A stretch of DNA of 64,000 bases from Eledone cirrhosa (taxonomy: Eukaryota), in contig OZ024740.1 of the NCBI GenBank assembly GCA_964016885.1, positions 90,582,001-90,646,000 on the forward strand. Direction: 5' to 3'. Shown here piece after piece: positions 46,165 through 59,469 of this stretch (its first letter is position 1; every line of letters begins with the position of its first letter). The notes below the pieces were generated by a model. That model ran no database searches and was not told where the DNA came from. It worked only from the letters and a program-made list of their open reading frames with translations. The translations under genes and the position numbers were made by a program.

Positions 46165-46592
46165 ATGAAGAAAGAAGAAATATTAGACATAAATAAATAC
46201 CCATTTTTCTTCAAATTCCCGATTATACAGTTTCGTGGCTACTATGCAAACATCCTATATCACACAGATGTGGCATTTTTGTGAGGTTTGCCGACTTATG
46301 AAGGGAATACCTCATGTAAAAATTTCAAAACAGATCTGCATCGCGTTAAAGAATCCCGAGAAGGCTGTATCACGTGATAGGGTTCCCCCTCCGACTTCTC
46401 GGGATATGTTCGCGCGATGCAGACCTGTTTTGAAATGTTTACATGAGGTATTCTCTTGATAACTCGGCAAACCTTACAAAAATGCTACATCTCTATGATA
46501 TAGGATGTTTGCATAGTAGCCATGAAACAGTACAATTGGGAATTTGAAGAAAAAAAGCTATTTATTTATGTCTAATATTTCTTCTTTCTTTA
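46165..46592. repeat. Fold-back (arms of about 200 bp) carrying a U3-A8 hammerhead
   Basis: 46165-46363 is the reverse complement of 46395-46592. The plus arm 46450-46543 reads attctc-UUGAUAA-..ggc..gcc..-GAAA-cagtacaa-UU-gggaat. The minus arm 46215-46308 has G5>C. Confidence 0.85.
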
Positions 46593-46779
46593 TACTGTAT
46601 TACATAGCTCTGAGATAGAGCCAATGTAATTATTCCAATTATCTTGTCTCTCATAGTCATAGAGCAACACTGGTTAAGGTTAACACCGCACAATATCACA
46701 TACTTGTGAAAATTGTATGTGTATATATGCATTTGTATACATATATCTATGTACCTCTCATTATTGTATATATATATAA

Positions 46780-46970
46780 GGGCGGTGGATTGGCAGTATC
46801 GGTAGAGGGTCGGAAGCCATGCTTTCCAGCATAGTTACGTCCCTTTACGATTTGAGTTCAAATCCCGCCGAGGTTGACTTTGCCTTACATCTTTACGGGG
46901 TCGATAAAATAAAGTACCAGTAATGCACTGGGTAATTGCTGGCCTTGTGCCTGAAGTAGAAACAATTATT
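46780..46970 (+). mobile_element. tRNA-derived SINE
   Basis: Same sequence as 5312-5502. Confidence 0.92.
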
Positions 46971-46982
46971 GTATATATATAT

Positions 46983-47173
46983 GGGCGGTGAATTGGCAGT
47001 ATCGGTAGAGAGTCGGACGCCATGCTTTCCAGTGTAGTTACGTCCCTTTACGGTCTGAGTTCAAATCCCACCGAGGTTAACTTTGCCTTTCATCCTTACG
47101 GGGTCGATAAAATAAAGTACCAGTAATGTACTGGATAATTGCTGGCCTTGTGCCAAAAGTAGAAACAATTATT
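46983..47173 (+). mobile_element. tRNA-derived SINE (tandem with the previous copy, separated by a short TA tract)
   Basis: Same sequence as 5312-5502. Confidence 0.92.
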
Positions 47174-47206
47174 GTATATATATATATATATGTATGTATG
47201 TATATG

Positions 47207-47251
<45 letters not shown>

Positions 47252-47308
47252 ATCACACACACGCATATACACATATATATATACATACACACTCATCAAA
47301 TACACACT

Positions 47309-47346
<38 letters not shown>

Positions 47347-47497
47347 CATATATATGTATTTATATATATATATATACATACATATATATGTATATATATA
47401 TATATATATACACATACATACATATACTTACATACACACATATATACTCATATTTCGTTTCATTTGTTCCGTATATATATATATATATATATATATA

Positions 47498-48268
47498 TAC
47501 GGAAAAAATGAAACGAAATTTCATTTCTCATTCTTAGTACGGCTGTTACTTAAATATAAGTATGTATACGTACATACATATATGTATAAAGACGTACAGC
47601 AGTATGTATATATATATACATACATGCACACATATATATATGTACGTATGGATTCACCGAACATTTATTATAATGCTCGGTGTGTTTGTAAACAAACATC
47701 CCGAATTAAGCCGTGCAGTGTCTAGCAACCATCGTTTCTCATTTGTTCAACACTGACGAAGGAACGCTGTACTAGTTTCAAGCTTATTAGCTATTGTCAG
47801 CATCTTATACCTTTCTGTCAGATGATTGAACGTCTGAAAGTTTATACTTTCCTAATGCTGAGCAGCCTAATTTGCATATCGAGTGTGTTAGTCAGCCGGG
47901 AATACCGAAAGCGATAAATGGAAAAGAATGAAACAAAATTCCATTTCTCACTCTTAGTACGGCTAATAAGTTTGAAATTAGTACATCGTTCCTGTGTCAG
48001 TGTTGAACAAAAGGGCGACGATGGTTGCCTAAACACTGTACGGTTTAATTCGGGCTGTTTGTTTACACACAAACCGAACATTATAATAAACGTTCAGTAA
48101 ACCCATACATACATATATATATATATATATATGTGTGCATGTATGTATATACATACATAATATTGTGCGTCTGTACACATATATGTATGTACGTATACAT
48201 ACTTATATTTAGGTATCAGACGTACTAAGATTGAGAAATGAAATTTCGTTTCATTCTTTTCCATTTAT
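47498..48268. repeat. Copy of the 420-bp HHR family followed by an inverted copy (47962-48268)
   Basis: 47498-47964 matches 15045-15512. The inversion starts inside stem II of the HHR. Confidence 0.88.
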
Positions 48269-49589
48269 ATAAATATATATACATATATATGTGTGTGTGT
48301 GTGAGTGTGCATGTGTGTGTGTGCGCGCGCATGTGCGCGTGTGTGTGTGGATAGGTTAATTGAATGTAATGTAATAATCCACTATTATTTTTTACACTGG
48401 CTAATTGCTGGCCTTGTGCCAAAAAGTAGAAACAATTATTTTGTTAAGGTGAGAAAGACTCAATGCGCACGTAACGTCTTCAGCACATAAGGAATTCCAA
48501 GTATTCTTCCGAGGGGTAATGTACTGGCTACTGAAGTCAGTGCTGTTATCAGAGCATAAATATGTTAAATGAAGAGAAATGTTCTTTTTAAAATTAAATC
48601 CAAACATTTTTAATATACCCGAACTTTTCTATACAGTTGATCATCTTACATATGTAAAGAACGAATCAATTAGAAATAATTAGTTAACAATTATTTACAC
48701 GATACACAACGCATAAATACCGGCATGTCATCAGTAATACAAACGGATATTGAATTCAAACTAATACATATGTGAAGAACATCGTAATTATCAAATATCG
48801 AATATAGGCGTGCAATGAAGTACGCAAATGAAGCAGGTTAGAAGTACAAAATGGTAAATATGCTGAAGAAGTATATTCTTAGGCAGAGGTAAAACAGTTA
48901 ATTTATTGTTATTATTATTATTATTGGTCTGATCGGACGTCATTTTGCTCGCTCCCAGTAAGTCGCTATATTTATCAGTTATAATTATTTGTTATTAAAT
49001 TTTTCTTGTTGTGTAAGGGATATAACACGTTGGAATTGCCATGTGAAAGGGAAAGTATAATATTTGGACCTCTTGCCCCAAATATTTGAACATTTTACTT
49101 TTAAAAACTATTTAAAAAAACATGGCTGAGCACAGACAATATGTCTGCTGCCGTGTGACAACGACGTAAACATTGAGAGGAGGATTACAGAAATTGATAC
49201 AACAAACACCACCACAAACAACGTGAAGAAGGACAACAACACTGAGAACAATAATTTTAATATTATTACCACACCAACTACAACAATAACAGCGACAACC
49301 AAAATACAGACAACAGAAAAAAATGACAACAAATGCAATAACGATATTAACACCACTAACAAGAAAATAAACGACGACGATACCAACAGCAGCAATACAA
49401 ATTGCACCGAGAACAACAACAACGGTGACACCCAAGGCATAACCAACTACAACATTGATAACAGCAACAACACCAACAACACCGTTTGTAGCAGTAGCAA
49501 CAGCACCGACAAAAAGACCAGTAACAGACGTAGCGGCAGCATAATGGTGCCGCTGAAAAAGGGGCCACTTGTTTTGCAGGTGTGGCCCG

Positions 49590-52500
49590 AAATATAGAAA
49601 CAGTGGAGATGGCAAACGGAAGGGCCGTGGTGACAAGAATGACAATAGACTTTCCCTGAAACCTCAACCCGATTTTTTCGAGGACCAGCAGCTATGGACG
49701 GTGACTTGCCGCACCTTAAGCAACATTTCACATCGGGTGGAGAGAGCCACGGAGGCTCAAATCCAAAAGGCCTTGGGGTGCGTCTAGGCGCGCAAAACCC
49801 ACATTACCCGAGGTAAAAAAGTATGCCACAGTGAACGTAATTTTGGCTACCCCAAGAGGCGAAGTCTCACGCTTTAGAAACACTAAAGAGTGAGGAGATA
49901 GTCTTGATGCCCTCCTACTGCTGGGATAAATTGTGAGGGTCAAATTGACCCAGGTCGTCCTGCCCGAAGTGCCCATGCCTTGGCTGGCCATGTCTGTCCT
50001 TGCTGGAATCGAGGACCGGACTACCTTACTGCAAGTACAGAGAATGGGAAGAGAGAACTTGTCTGGTATACGCATGCAAATGCTTATACAAACTGACCAG
50101 GAGTGTATAGAGGTCAACCCATATATCATAAACCTCGAGGAAGGACTCCAACTCCCTATAAGCGTGGAAGGAAGGCGCCCAGAGTGCTATATCTGTGGGC
50201 CAACGGGTCACCTCAAGGCCTTTTTGTGGCAGACCATTTGCCACTTTACTCCCGCCTCATACTCCATGTCCGATTCCGTGGCGTCTGGGAGGGGTATATG
50301 CTATACGGCAGTCAGTGGTGGTAGTATAACACTCTGGTGAATGTGTTAATGGTGCAGTTACTGCGAATGTAGCTACTGGTGTTGCCCCCACTACTGGCGC
50401 TGTTTAGTTGTCCGTGGCATTGGTATGGGTGCCACGGACGTTGCCCTCCTACTCACCGTGGAAGGGTCTTCAGCTACTGTTGCCTGCCCTGCTCTTGGTA
50501 GCAGCGGATCAGGCGTCGGAAGGAGGGCGGCTCTCTTCTTGGCTGGAATCTGCGGGAAAACGTGTCACCTCAGTGTACTTTGCCCTGAGCGGCAGTAGTG
50601 GCGGTAACACCAGTAGCTGCACCATTAACAACATCTCCCGATAGTGTTATACTACCACTACCAAGAGCCGTGTAGTACATACTCCTCCCAGAGGCCACGG
50701 AATCCGACATCGAGTATAAGGCGGGAGTAAAGTGGGAAAACATCTTCCACAAAAAAACAAAAACGAAAGAAGCACTTAGCTTCGCCCTCCAAATGCGAGG
50801 CAATCAAAGAAGGGTAAAAGTTGCAAGGCGACTTGCAGCAACGTCATCACCATCACCACCAACAATAACCACACCACCTTCAGCATTATCACAAACAACA
50901 ACATCGAAACACAACAGCAACAACAAGAAACAGCAACAAAAGCACCCCTCCCTCCATAAACATTGCACACCAAGGATTAATGGAACATATAAAACAGCAC
51001 ACCGATATTTCAGACGTAAATTACCGCACCCCACCAACAACAAGAACATTACAAAAATACATTAACATTGTAGGAATTGAAATCGAATATTACAAACAAA
51101 CAAAACAAACATTCCCCAGCTGCATTAGGGATTTCAGGGGGGTCACTCTCCAAGAGAATCTATACAGATATCAGGAGAGACCCATGACCAGCCGAAGGGA
51201 GGTCCTACTGTCCCTTCCCCACACGATCAAGGTAAGTGATCATTTCTCACTTACCCCGTGCTTCACACAACATGGCCTTAGAATATGTAGTATAAATGTA
51301 CGAGGCATGGCGTCATCTTGGAAGCAGGGTCACCTGCTCAACGACATCAGGTCACTAAACATAGATGTGCGAGACCAGAATCTCTGAAGCACGAGCCTTC
51401 GCACCGATCTACGGCGGCTACGATGTATACGCATCTCCCTGTCGTCCTCTGAACGGGGGGAGGAATTTCTGTGCTTTTCCAGAGAGGCTTGGACCTCGCC
51501 ATACGAGCCATTTTCATGGATCCAGAAGGTAAGTGGGTGTTGCTGGACCCAGAAGGTAAGTGGGTGTAGCCATCTACGCCACAACAGGGGCAGAGCTGCC
51601 AGATTTCTTAAGACGTCTAGAGACCTTTTTTGGAACGTCTCGCTCTTTAGTGTTAGAGGGCGACTGGAGCGGTATCTTAGATGCACGCTGGGAATATGTG
51701 GGGCTAGTAGACATGGAAGGAGGGTGTAAAAGACTCAACAACCTACTCAGACGTTTTGAACTGTCTGCCAGGTATAGAATGGGTTATCCGAATGTGCCAA
51801 TGCGGACATGGGCAAACCGCATCTGATCATCCAGATCGTATTTAGATAGGATTTTCTGACGGGAAACAGATAAGGCTAGTGTCGGTTGTCCACAATTTAA
51901 AGTAGTCGACTACACGGACCACAAATCTGTCATCTGTGAAGTTGAGTTAGATAGACTCCATAGGCAAGGGCCCGGTTACTGGAAAATGAACGCGTCGTTC
52001 CCGGCGCGCAAATCCTACAGAAACCGGATTAGCGAATTAGTTAAGCGTGCGTTGACGGGTGCGATCGGCAACAACAGGTGATGGTTTACCTTGAAAAGGG
52101 CTATTAGAGTAGAATCGATAAGTTTTAGGAAAAGAGTAGTGTTAGAGGAAAATTGAGTAGAGGGAGTATTAGTTAGAAAGCTAGAAGATACGTTTAGGAC
52201 AGGCATCGGAACCGACGTGCTTGTCGCGAGATTGCGGCCGGTAACAGCATGTGAAATACGGGACGCAATGTCTGACTGCACGAGGGTAAATCGCCAGGTT
52301 TGGAAGGTATAGTCTACGAGCTCTATGCATATATGCCAGACTTGTTCGGTGACCTCTTGGCAGATGTCTACTGCAACTGGTAGCAGAACGGGAGCATTCC
52401 CAGTTTTGTGAACCGAGGAGCGGTGGAGCTGCTGAGAAAAGACCCGAACCAGGGTGACATTATAGACAACTTCAGGCCCATAACTCTGCTAAACGCAGAG

Positions 52501-54580
52501 TTTTAGATTGGCGATTGTGGTCGGTGATCTGGTGGGAGAGACGCAGACATGTGCCATTGCGGACAGATCCGTCCACGACAACCTCCATCTCATGTAATTC
52601 AACATAGAGAAGGTGGTTAAGAAACCAGGCACGGTGGGGCCCTGATCAACTTGGATCAATCTAAAGCATTTGATAGGGTCGACCTTCGGTACCCGGCTGC
52701 GGACTCGTTTTTAGGGGCTTGACCGCCGTGATGCACAGCGACATCAGTTCGATCGTGATGGTGAATGGTCACCTGTCATAGTCGTTCAACATCATGCGGT
52801 TGGTCCTCCAGGGTTGTCCTCTCTCGTCCCTCTTGTACGTGTTGGCCCTCGAGCCGTTACGGCTCAAATTGCAGAGGATGAGGGGGTCCCACGCGACTGG
52901 GATGTGGGAGACACGTGTCAGCTTACGCCAACGACGTCACCGTGGTGGTTTCGAGCACCAAGCACGTCCAGATGCTCGGTACCGCTCTCAACGAATACCA
53001 AGCGGTGACAGGAGCAAGTATAAACCAGGAAAAGTCGGTGGGCTTGCAACTCGGCACCTGGAGAGGCAAGTCCATGTCGTCCGACAGCGTCGTGGGGCGC
53101 TGGACGGAAGGACCGGTTAAATTGCTCGGGGTCTGTTTCGGGCCGGACTTTCAGATGGAGAATAACTGAAGCGATGTGACGAGCAGACTGGCCTCTCTCA
53201 CCCACAAATAGGCCGAGAGGAGACTGTCTCTGAAAGGTCAAGGGTAGGTGGTGAATGCTTACATCGCGTCCGTCATCTGCTACCGCCTGACCGTAGTTCC
53301 TTGCCCCCGCCCAACTCTGACCAACATGGAACGCCTTCCCTTCCGCTTTTTTTGGAAAGGACGTGCTCGGTCTGACGATCCATCAGCTGTCAACACCCGT
53401 TGCGCGGAGGACGGGACATGCTGTGGTTGATGATGCGCAAACATGCGCAGAGGCTGCGACATCTCTGGTGCTTCCTTGACGGTGAATAGGTGTGGTTGCC
53501 GTTTGCCAGACGCACTTTTGTCCGGCTTTTCTCCTTGACTGAGCTGCAGTCCTGGATCACGAAAAGACCGAGGGAGAGTGCTTGGAATCTGGGATGTCTC
53601 CAAGCGCTCACCGACCTCTACCAGCTGCGCACTAGTATCGGTGGAACATCCACCTCGGCCTTCTATAGAGGTCTAGTGGAGGGGAAGAGCGACGACGGTC
53701 TCGGAGAAACCCTGGGTATCGAAGACGATCAGCTGTTCGCTGACTTCAACAGAACTTTCAGCCCGGGGTCTATAGACAACCTCCAGAAATTCCTGGCCTG
53801 GCAGTGCTACCGGGGAGCGTTGCTGGTTTGGGATAAGTTCTACAGGCACGGAGATGCTGTCACCGAGCCTGTACAAAATGCGCGTAAGGCCCCCGAACGG
53901 TCCTGCACGCACTCGTTCAGAGCCCAATGATTGCTGACTTGTGGAGCAATGTGGAACAGCTGCTGCCGCGTGTAGAACGGATCCGGTTATCGACTGAGTC
54001 CATTGTGCAGATAGACCGCCATCCTCCTTTTAAAGAAGAGGAAGTGCAACCAAATCTCATCCGCCTGATGGTCATGGTGAAAGAGGTTGTGTGGTGGACA
54101 AGGTTGAAAGGGTTGAAGACGAACACTTCCCTCTCCGGTCAATCCCTGATCAGATTTTTCAAGTTTCACTTGAAGAAGAAAATCAGGGTGGAGAGGCAAG
54201 TGCTGTCTCCCAGTAAGTTTGTTGAAAGGCGTGTGAAAGTGGCGAGTCTGGTCCGAGATAACGGGCCCGCTCTGAGAATGCGCCTGTTGACTGAGGACTG
54301 GAAAAACTGAGAGATGGCGCTCACCCTGGTGGTCAGGGTGGTCGTGGTCTTTTGTGTAATGTTTGCCGCAGGTCACTCTCGAGGGTTTTCCCCATTTGGG
54401 GGGAATTTTTGTAGTTTGAATTTGTTTGATTTCTATCCCGATTTCTATCTTCATATAACCAGTTTAAACGGGCAAAACCAACTTTGTATCGTCCTGTACC
54501 GTACTGTTCCGTCTGTAATGTTTTTTCTTCGTGTTATCCCTTGTGGCTATAAATAAACCATTATTATTATTTATGTTATT
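49590..54580 (+). mobile_element. Degraded near full-length Tx1/L1-type LINE (ORF1 zinc knuckle, APE endonuclease, RT, AT-rich tail)
   Basis: ORF1: VEGRRPECYICGPTGHLKA. ORF2 fragments: ICSINVRGM, LEGDWSG, SYLDRI, YTDH, GPGYWKMN, KSPGLEG, DNFRPITLLNAE, NLDQSKAFDRVD, QGCPLSSLLYVLALEP, AYANDVT, LLGVCFG. The 3' end is aaataaaccattattatt. The 5' boundary is uncertain. Confidence 0.9.
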
Positions 54581-54599
54581 ATTATTAATATTATATACA

Positions 54600-54791
54600 G
54601 GCGGTGGAGAGGCAGTATCGGTAGTGGATCGGACGCCATGCTTTGACGTATAGATTTACGGCCCTTGCCATTCCTAGTTCAAATCCCGCCGAAGTTAATT
54701 TTGCCTTTTATCCTTAAGGGGTCGACAAAATAAAGTACCAGTAATTCACTGAGCAATTGCTGGCCTTGTGCCAAAAGTAGAAACAATTATT
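54600..54791 (+). mobile_element. tRNA-derived SINE
   Basis: Same family as 5312-5502, inserted in the LINE tail. Confidence 0.9.
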
Positions 54792-54952
54792 AATATTATT
54801 ATCGTGGAAGAGCTGGAAGGACATTCATTGGTGGTGAATAAAGAACATAGAGAGAGAGGCAAAATTAGACTGCAGGGAACAATAGTAATCTTGATTAGCT
54901 TCAATAGATATGCTAGAGGTAATAACAAATTATAATTATTCAAGGTCGATTT

Positions 54953-55141
54953 GCGGTGGATTGGCAGTATCGGTTGAGGGTCGGACGCCATGCTTTCGAG
55001 CATAGTTACGTCCCTTTACAATCTGAGTTCAAATCCCGCCGAGTTTGACTTTGCCTTTCATCCTTACGGGGTCGATAAAATACAGTACCAGTAATGCACT
55101 GGGTAATTGCTGGCCTTGTGCCTAAAGTAGAAACAATTATT
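54953..55141 (+). mobile_element. tRNA-derived SINE
   Basis: Same family. tcaaggtc occurs just upstream and just downstream (possible target-site duplication). Confidence 0.9.
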
Positions 55142-55499
55142 AGTCAAGGTCATCACTCGAATATAAAGGTAGATCAGAAGAAGTAGGCATTTTGAGTTGG
55201 ACGAGGAACCAGACTAAATAATAACAAGTATTTTCTTACCTATTGCATATCAATTAAAACGAGAACTAATTACGGTTGTGGTTTCTGGACTATTTTGCTT
55301 CTCTCTGCATGTCATTTACCTATCAACAATTAATCTCACTTTAACGATTATAAAAATAAAATAGTAATGATAATATTTTTTCATGTATTTGCTACAAGGG
55401 CCGATATATATGGGACAATATAACAACAGGGACGTTGGGGGTTTTACATATGCTGGTGGTTGGGTGTTTTACACCATGTAAACCACATAAATAACAATA

Positions 55500-58400
55500 A
55501 CAAAATAATTTGTTATTGTTATTTATTATAAAGATATAACAAATTACATTCCGCAAAAGGGACGATAACAACACAGGGGCGACTCATATATGCCAACAAT
55601 CATGGCCCACCCGAAGCCTCAAATGCATCCGTGAACGGCACCGATCTCTGCTTCACATTAACCTGCCTAAAGGCACACGCTCACTGTAGGTTGATTCACA
55701 CGGAACATACTCGCCACATTCATCCTCATTTTAGCAAATGTACTGGGCGACAGCACTCCATATGCAACCCTCACCTTCTTTTCCAAGTGAAACATGAAAC
55801 AATTGATTAGGGATTGGACTAAGAGAAACGTTTCTGTCTTCTGTCTTTTCAATCTGGTCAACCACACAACCCAATTCGCTACCGAAACCAGACAGAAGAA
55901 ACATGCCTGTCATTCCCGGTCAAGAGAAAGCGGTGGAGTGATGATATTCACTATGATCTACATCGATAGCCGGATACGTCCTACACCCGAAAACAGCTGT
56001 TTGTCATAACTCAACAAGTCATTAATGCACGGACACTAGACGAGTGCATTCAGAACGCTTCCATCACCCTGCGCTCATCTTCGACATGTCCGTCTAACGG
56101 CAATTCCATGCCTGTAGAGTTTATCTCGAACGGGCAGAGGAGCCCAGTAGCACTGCTAAGCGTGGGATTTCTGGAAGTTTTCCAAAATCCCTGACTGAAA
56201 AGTACTACAGTATAAACTAGTTAGTTCGATATTTCGACGCTCGGAGGCTCTGCGAGTGCCTCGATACATTTGCCCACCACTAATCCGCTATAGAACTCTA
56301 GAGTGGATGTTCCACCGACTGTATAGCCCATCTGGTACACGGTGGTGAGCGCCTGGCAACATTCCAGACGCCAGGCGACCAGTCTCGGTCTCTTCTTGAC
56401 CCATGATTCCAGCTTAGTCAAAGAGATGATTTGAGGAAAGGCTTGTCTCACAAAAGGCGAAAACACTTGATCACCGCTTAGGCAGAATATCTGCAAATGG
56501 ACCTACGAGCATGTCCCCTCCAGGAGAAGTAGAAGAGCAGCCGTTCGAAATACGCGATGCGGAAACAGGCGCAAGTCACGATGGTCAAACAGTAGTAGAT
56601 GGCGGAGGTGGTGTTTGCGTTCCCCACATCCACGGACACTTTCAGGGACATCTTTTTGGTGCTTGTTCCATATATGCGTGGGACGGCTTAGCTGTTTGTA
56701 ACTTCGTCCCTACATTTAACCAACGTGAATCTTCTCAGAACCGGACCCAACAACTGTACAGGGCCAGTATCGACTTGCCTCTCCAGGTTCCGAGCTGGAA
56801 GCCCAACGACTTTTACGCGTTTAGTTTTACTCCAGTCAAACTTTCATATTTCTGCAAGAAGGCGCAGACTGCTTCGATTACCGAGATGTTCAACAAAATG
56901 ACGGTGATGTCGTCCGTATATGTTGGCAAAGCTTTACCTCATCCTGATTCAAGCGGGATGCGCTACAACAGCTCCAGCTTCCGCAGTAAATGCTTCTGAG
57001 AGAATACGTACAAAAAAGGAGAGAGGGCACAATTGACGGATTGATCGAGAAATCTAAAACGGTTCCGAAAAATGGCCATTTACTTAGACCCCTGACCAGA
57101 TGCCACTGTGTTTTGCAGCAATCCAACCTCTGAAGACGGGACTGATGCCAGCTGCTGCGTTGACGATAGCCTGCAGGTATTGATGGTCGAAACTATCAAA
57201 AGATTTCGATTCATCTGAATTAATCAGAACTCCTACAGTGGCCATATTTACAAACACCCTCTATGATGTATATAGTACTCGAGGTCGAGATTATACAAGC
57301 TCTCGCCTCCTTTACCAAATCTACTTGGCAAGCGTAAAACAATTCGCGAGAACATTGTCCAAATTCTTAAACTCTGTGTGCAGCAGTATTAATGGCCTGA
57401 AGTTGCCTAACGTATCCCTCTTCTTCCATTATTTCCTTATCATAGTTACTACGGTTTATATGACTGGGAATACAACCTTTCTGTTTCATGTGGCTTTGGA
57501 GTACTACGTCCACATCAGAGATGAAGTCTGTCATATCTACGTAAAGCTCATATAGCATACCATCCAAACCGGGTAATTTGCGCCTCATGCAGCCGTCTAG
57601 GGCATCACGAATCTCCGCTAAAATTATTGCCATGTCAGAGCGCCCGGCATAGGTTGGTGAGAAACGCTGTGGCCCTCGAGGTAGGATTCGAAATCCACCA
57701 CCGGCTCCATCTACACCCCCAACCTGAACAGCCGAGTAAAGTGCAGCCAAAAGGTATCACACATCTGAATGGAATCGTTCAGCTTTCGTTTCTCTTTGTT
57801 CGTTAAAGACCGAATTGTGAATTTATGTTACCACGCTGACCCTCTGCCACCCAGTTCCATTTAGCTATGAATCAATCGTTTCTCAGAGCACACGACTTAA
57901 CTCTTATAATACAACCTTCGTCTTTTGCATTTAAGAAATGGTATAATGTATTTCACGCCGCTAAGCATATCGGATGCAATGACTCTACAAATGGCCTTAT
58001 CTCATTTAGCTACCAGCTCCCTCTACATACTATTGTTCTCCAAATCTACTTATTTGCTGAAACCCATCGACATTACTCTAGTCTCTCTTTTATGAACACC
58101 CGCCATCTGCTGTTGATGGCATCCCCTGTCAACTTTTGCTTCACTAAATTGTTGACCCGGGGATGTCATCAACCTCATATAAGCGTTCCTTACTTTAAGA
58201 AACATGTTCAGATTCCACTCCTAATCGGCGTGTCTTTTCTAGGTCGATCATACAAATCACAAACTTGTGATCTGCATAGGCGTCTGTTGAACGTGTGGAC
58301 AAGACATACTATCCTTATTTAATGATCTGATAAAAAAAATCCTGCCTATATACTATGTAGATGACACTATGTGGTTGGTCAACGTTCACACTGGCGCCAT

Positions 58401-59300
58401 AGGGAAATCTAGTCGGTGCCTGTAAGACTGTTGGAACTGGCTGATCAGTTACTTGTGACTTTTGCAACACCACTTCTATAAACCCACACAATTCCAGCGT
58501 GAATCTAAGTTGATGTTCCAGTCCCCGATAACAGTAAAGTGCGAGAGTTTCTCACAAAGGCTTCCAGGAGCCTAAAGATGTCCAGCCGTAGACGGCCTCC
58601 GGTATAAAGGCACTGCTTTCGCTATTGCTCACGTCCAATAACACAAACTTACCGTCCTGGATGATCGATCATACCTCAAGATCAAGGCCTTTCCTAAACA
58701 GTACTGCCACCCCACCTCTCATTCCCGCCGACCAAGAGATGCGAGGATGTGATAGTCGTCGAAAATCTGGACTAGTGGGCGTGTGTCGCAAATCGTGGTC
58801 CAACATATGGCTGTGACATTCATATCTAGGGAAATGTGGTAGTTCAGCAGTCGACCCTCCTTCCAGAACGAACCCGGATCACGAATATTTAGGCATTCTA
58901 ATCATAGGATGGGCATGTTGGCAAACTTAAAGAGAAAGGTAAAAGTTACTTGCCTCCCGGTGACTTGTGGAATTCAGGTGTTCGAACGCTATGGTTGGTG
59001 GATGCTGTTGCCTTTGGAAAAATAATTAAAGGTTTGCTCGAGGCTATCACATTAGTGGTTCTCACGGCGTTGGGGAAGCTCTCCCTAAAGTTTTTGTAGG
59101 TGTATGTTATCATCTGCACCATCCTCATTATATGGGACACTTTGAAATTGCAGGTGCCTAAAATCTTCCTGCTGTTTTTCAATGTGATTGTGATATAAGG
59201 GCCATACGTTTTTTGTTGGTCCTTCTTATTAACAAGTAGTTGGCTGTTTCTATCATTTTGGGTTTCCGCGTGTGTTTTTCTTGACGGTTGTGCTGTGCAT
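55500..59300 (-). mobile_element. Second, more degraded Tx1/L1-type LINE related to 49590-54580, in convergent orientation
   Basis: WLTRLKRQKTETFLLVQSLINCFMFHLEKKVRV, FPQIISLTKLESWVKKRPRLVAWRLECCQAL and EIRDALDGCMRRKLPGLDGMLYELY parallel the plus-strand copy. Confidence 0.85.
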
Positions 59301-59469
59301 GTTGTTTTAAATGCCTATGATTTGTGTGCTTGCAGATGTTTTTATTTTCTGTTTGTCGTTACTTAATTGGGTGTGTTTTCCTTATCAACTTCTAGATGTT
59401 TGATGTGGTCATAACTGTTACATAACGGTGATCACTTAAATATATATAACAGTTATGAATATATATGTA

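Noticed and set aside
49108-49645. Thr/Asn-rich and Val-rich ORFs
   Set aside because: This is (ACA)n-like low complexity, probably the 5' part of the Tx1-like LINE, with no independent gene evidence.
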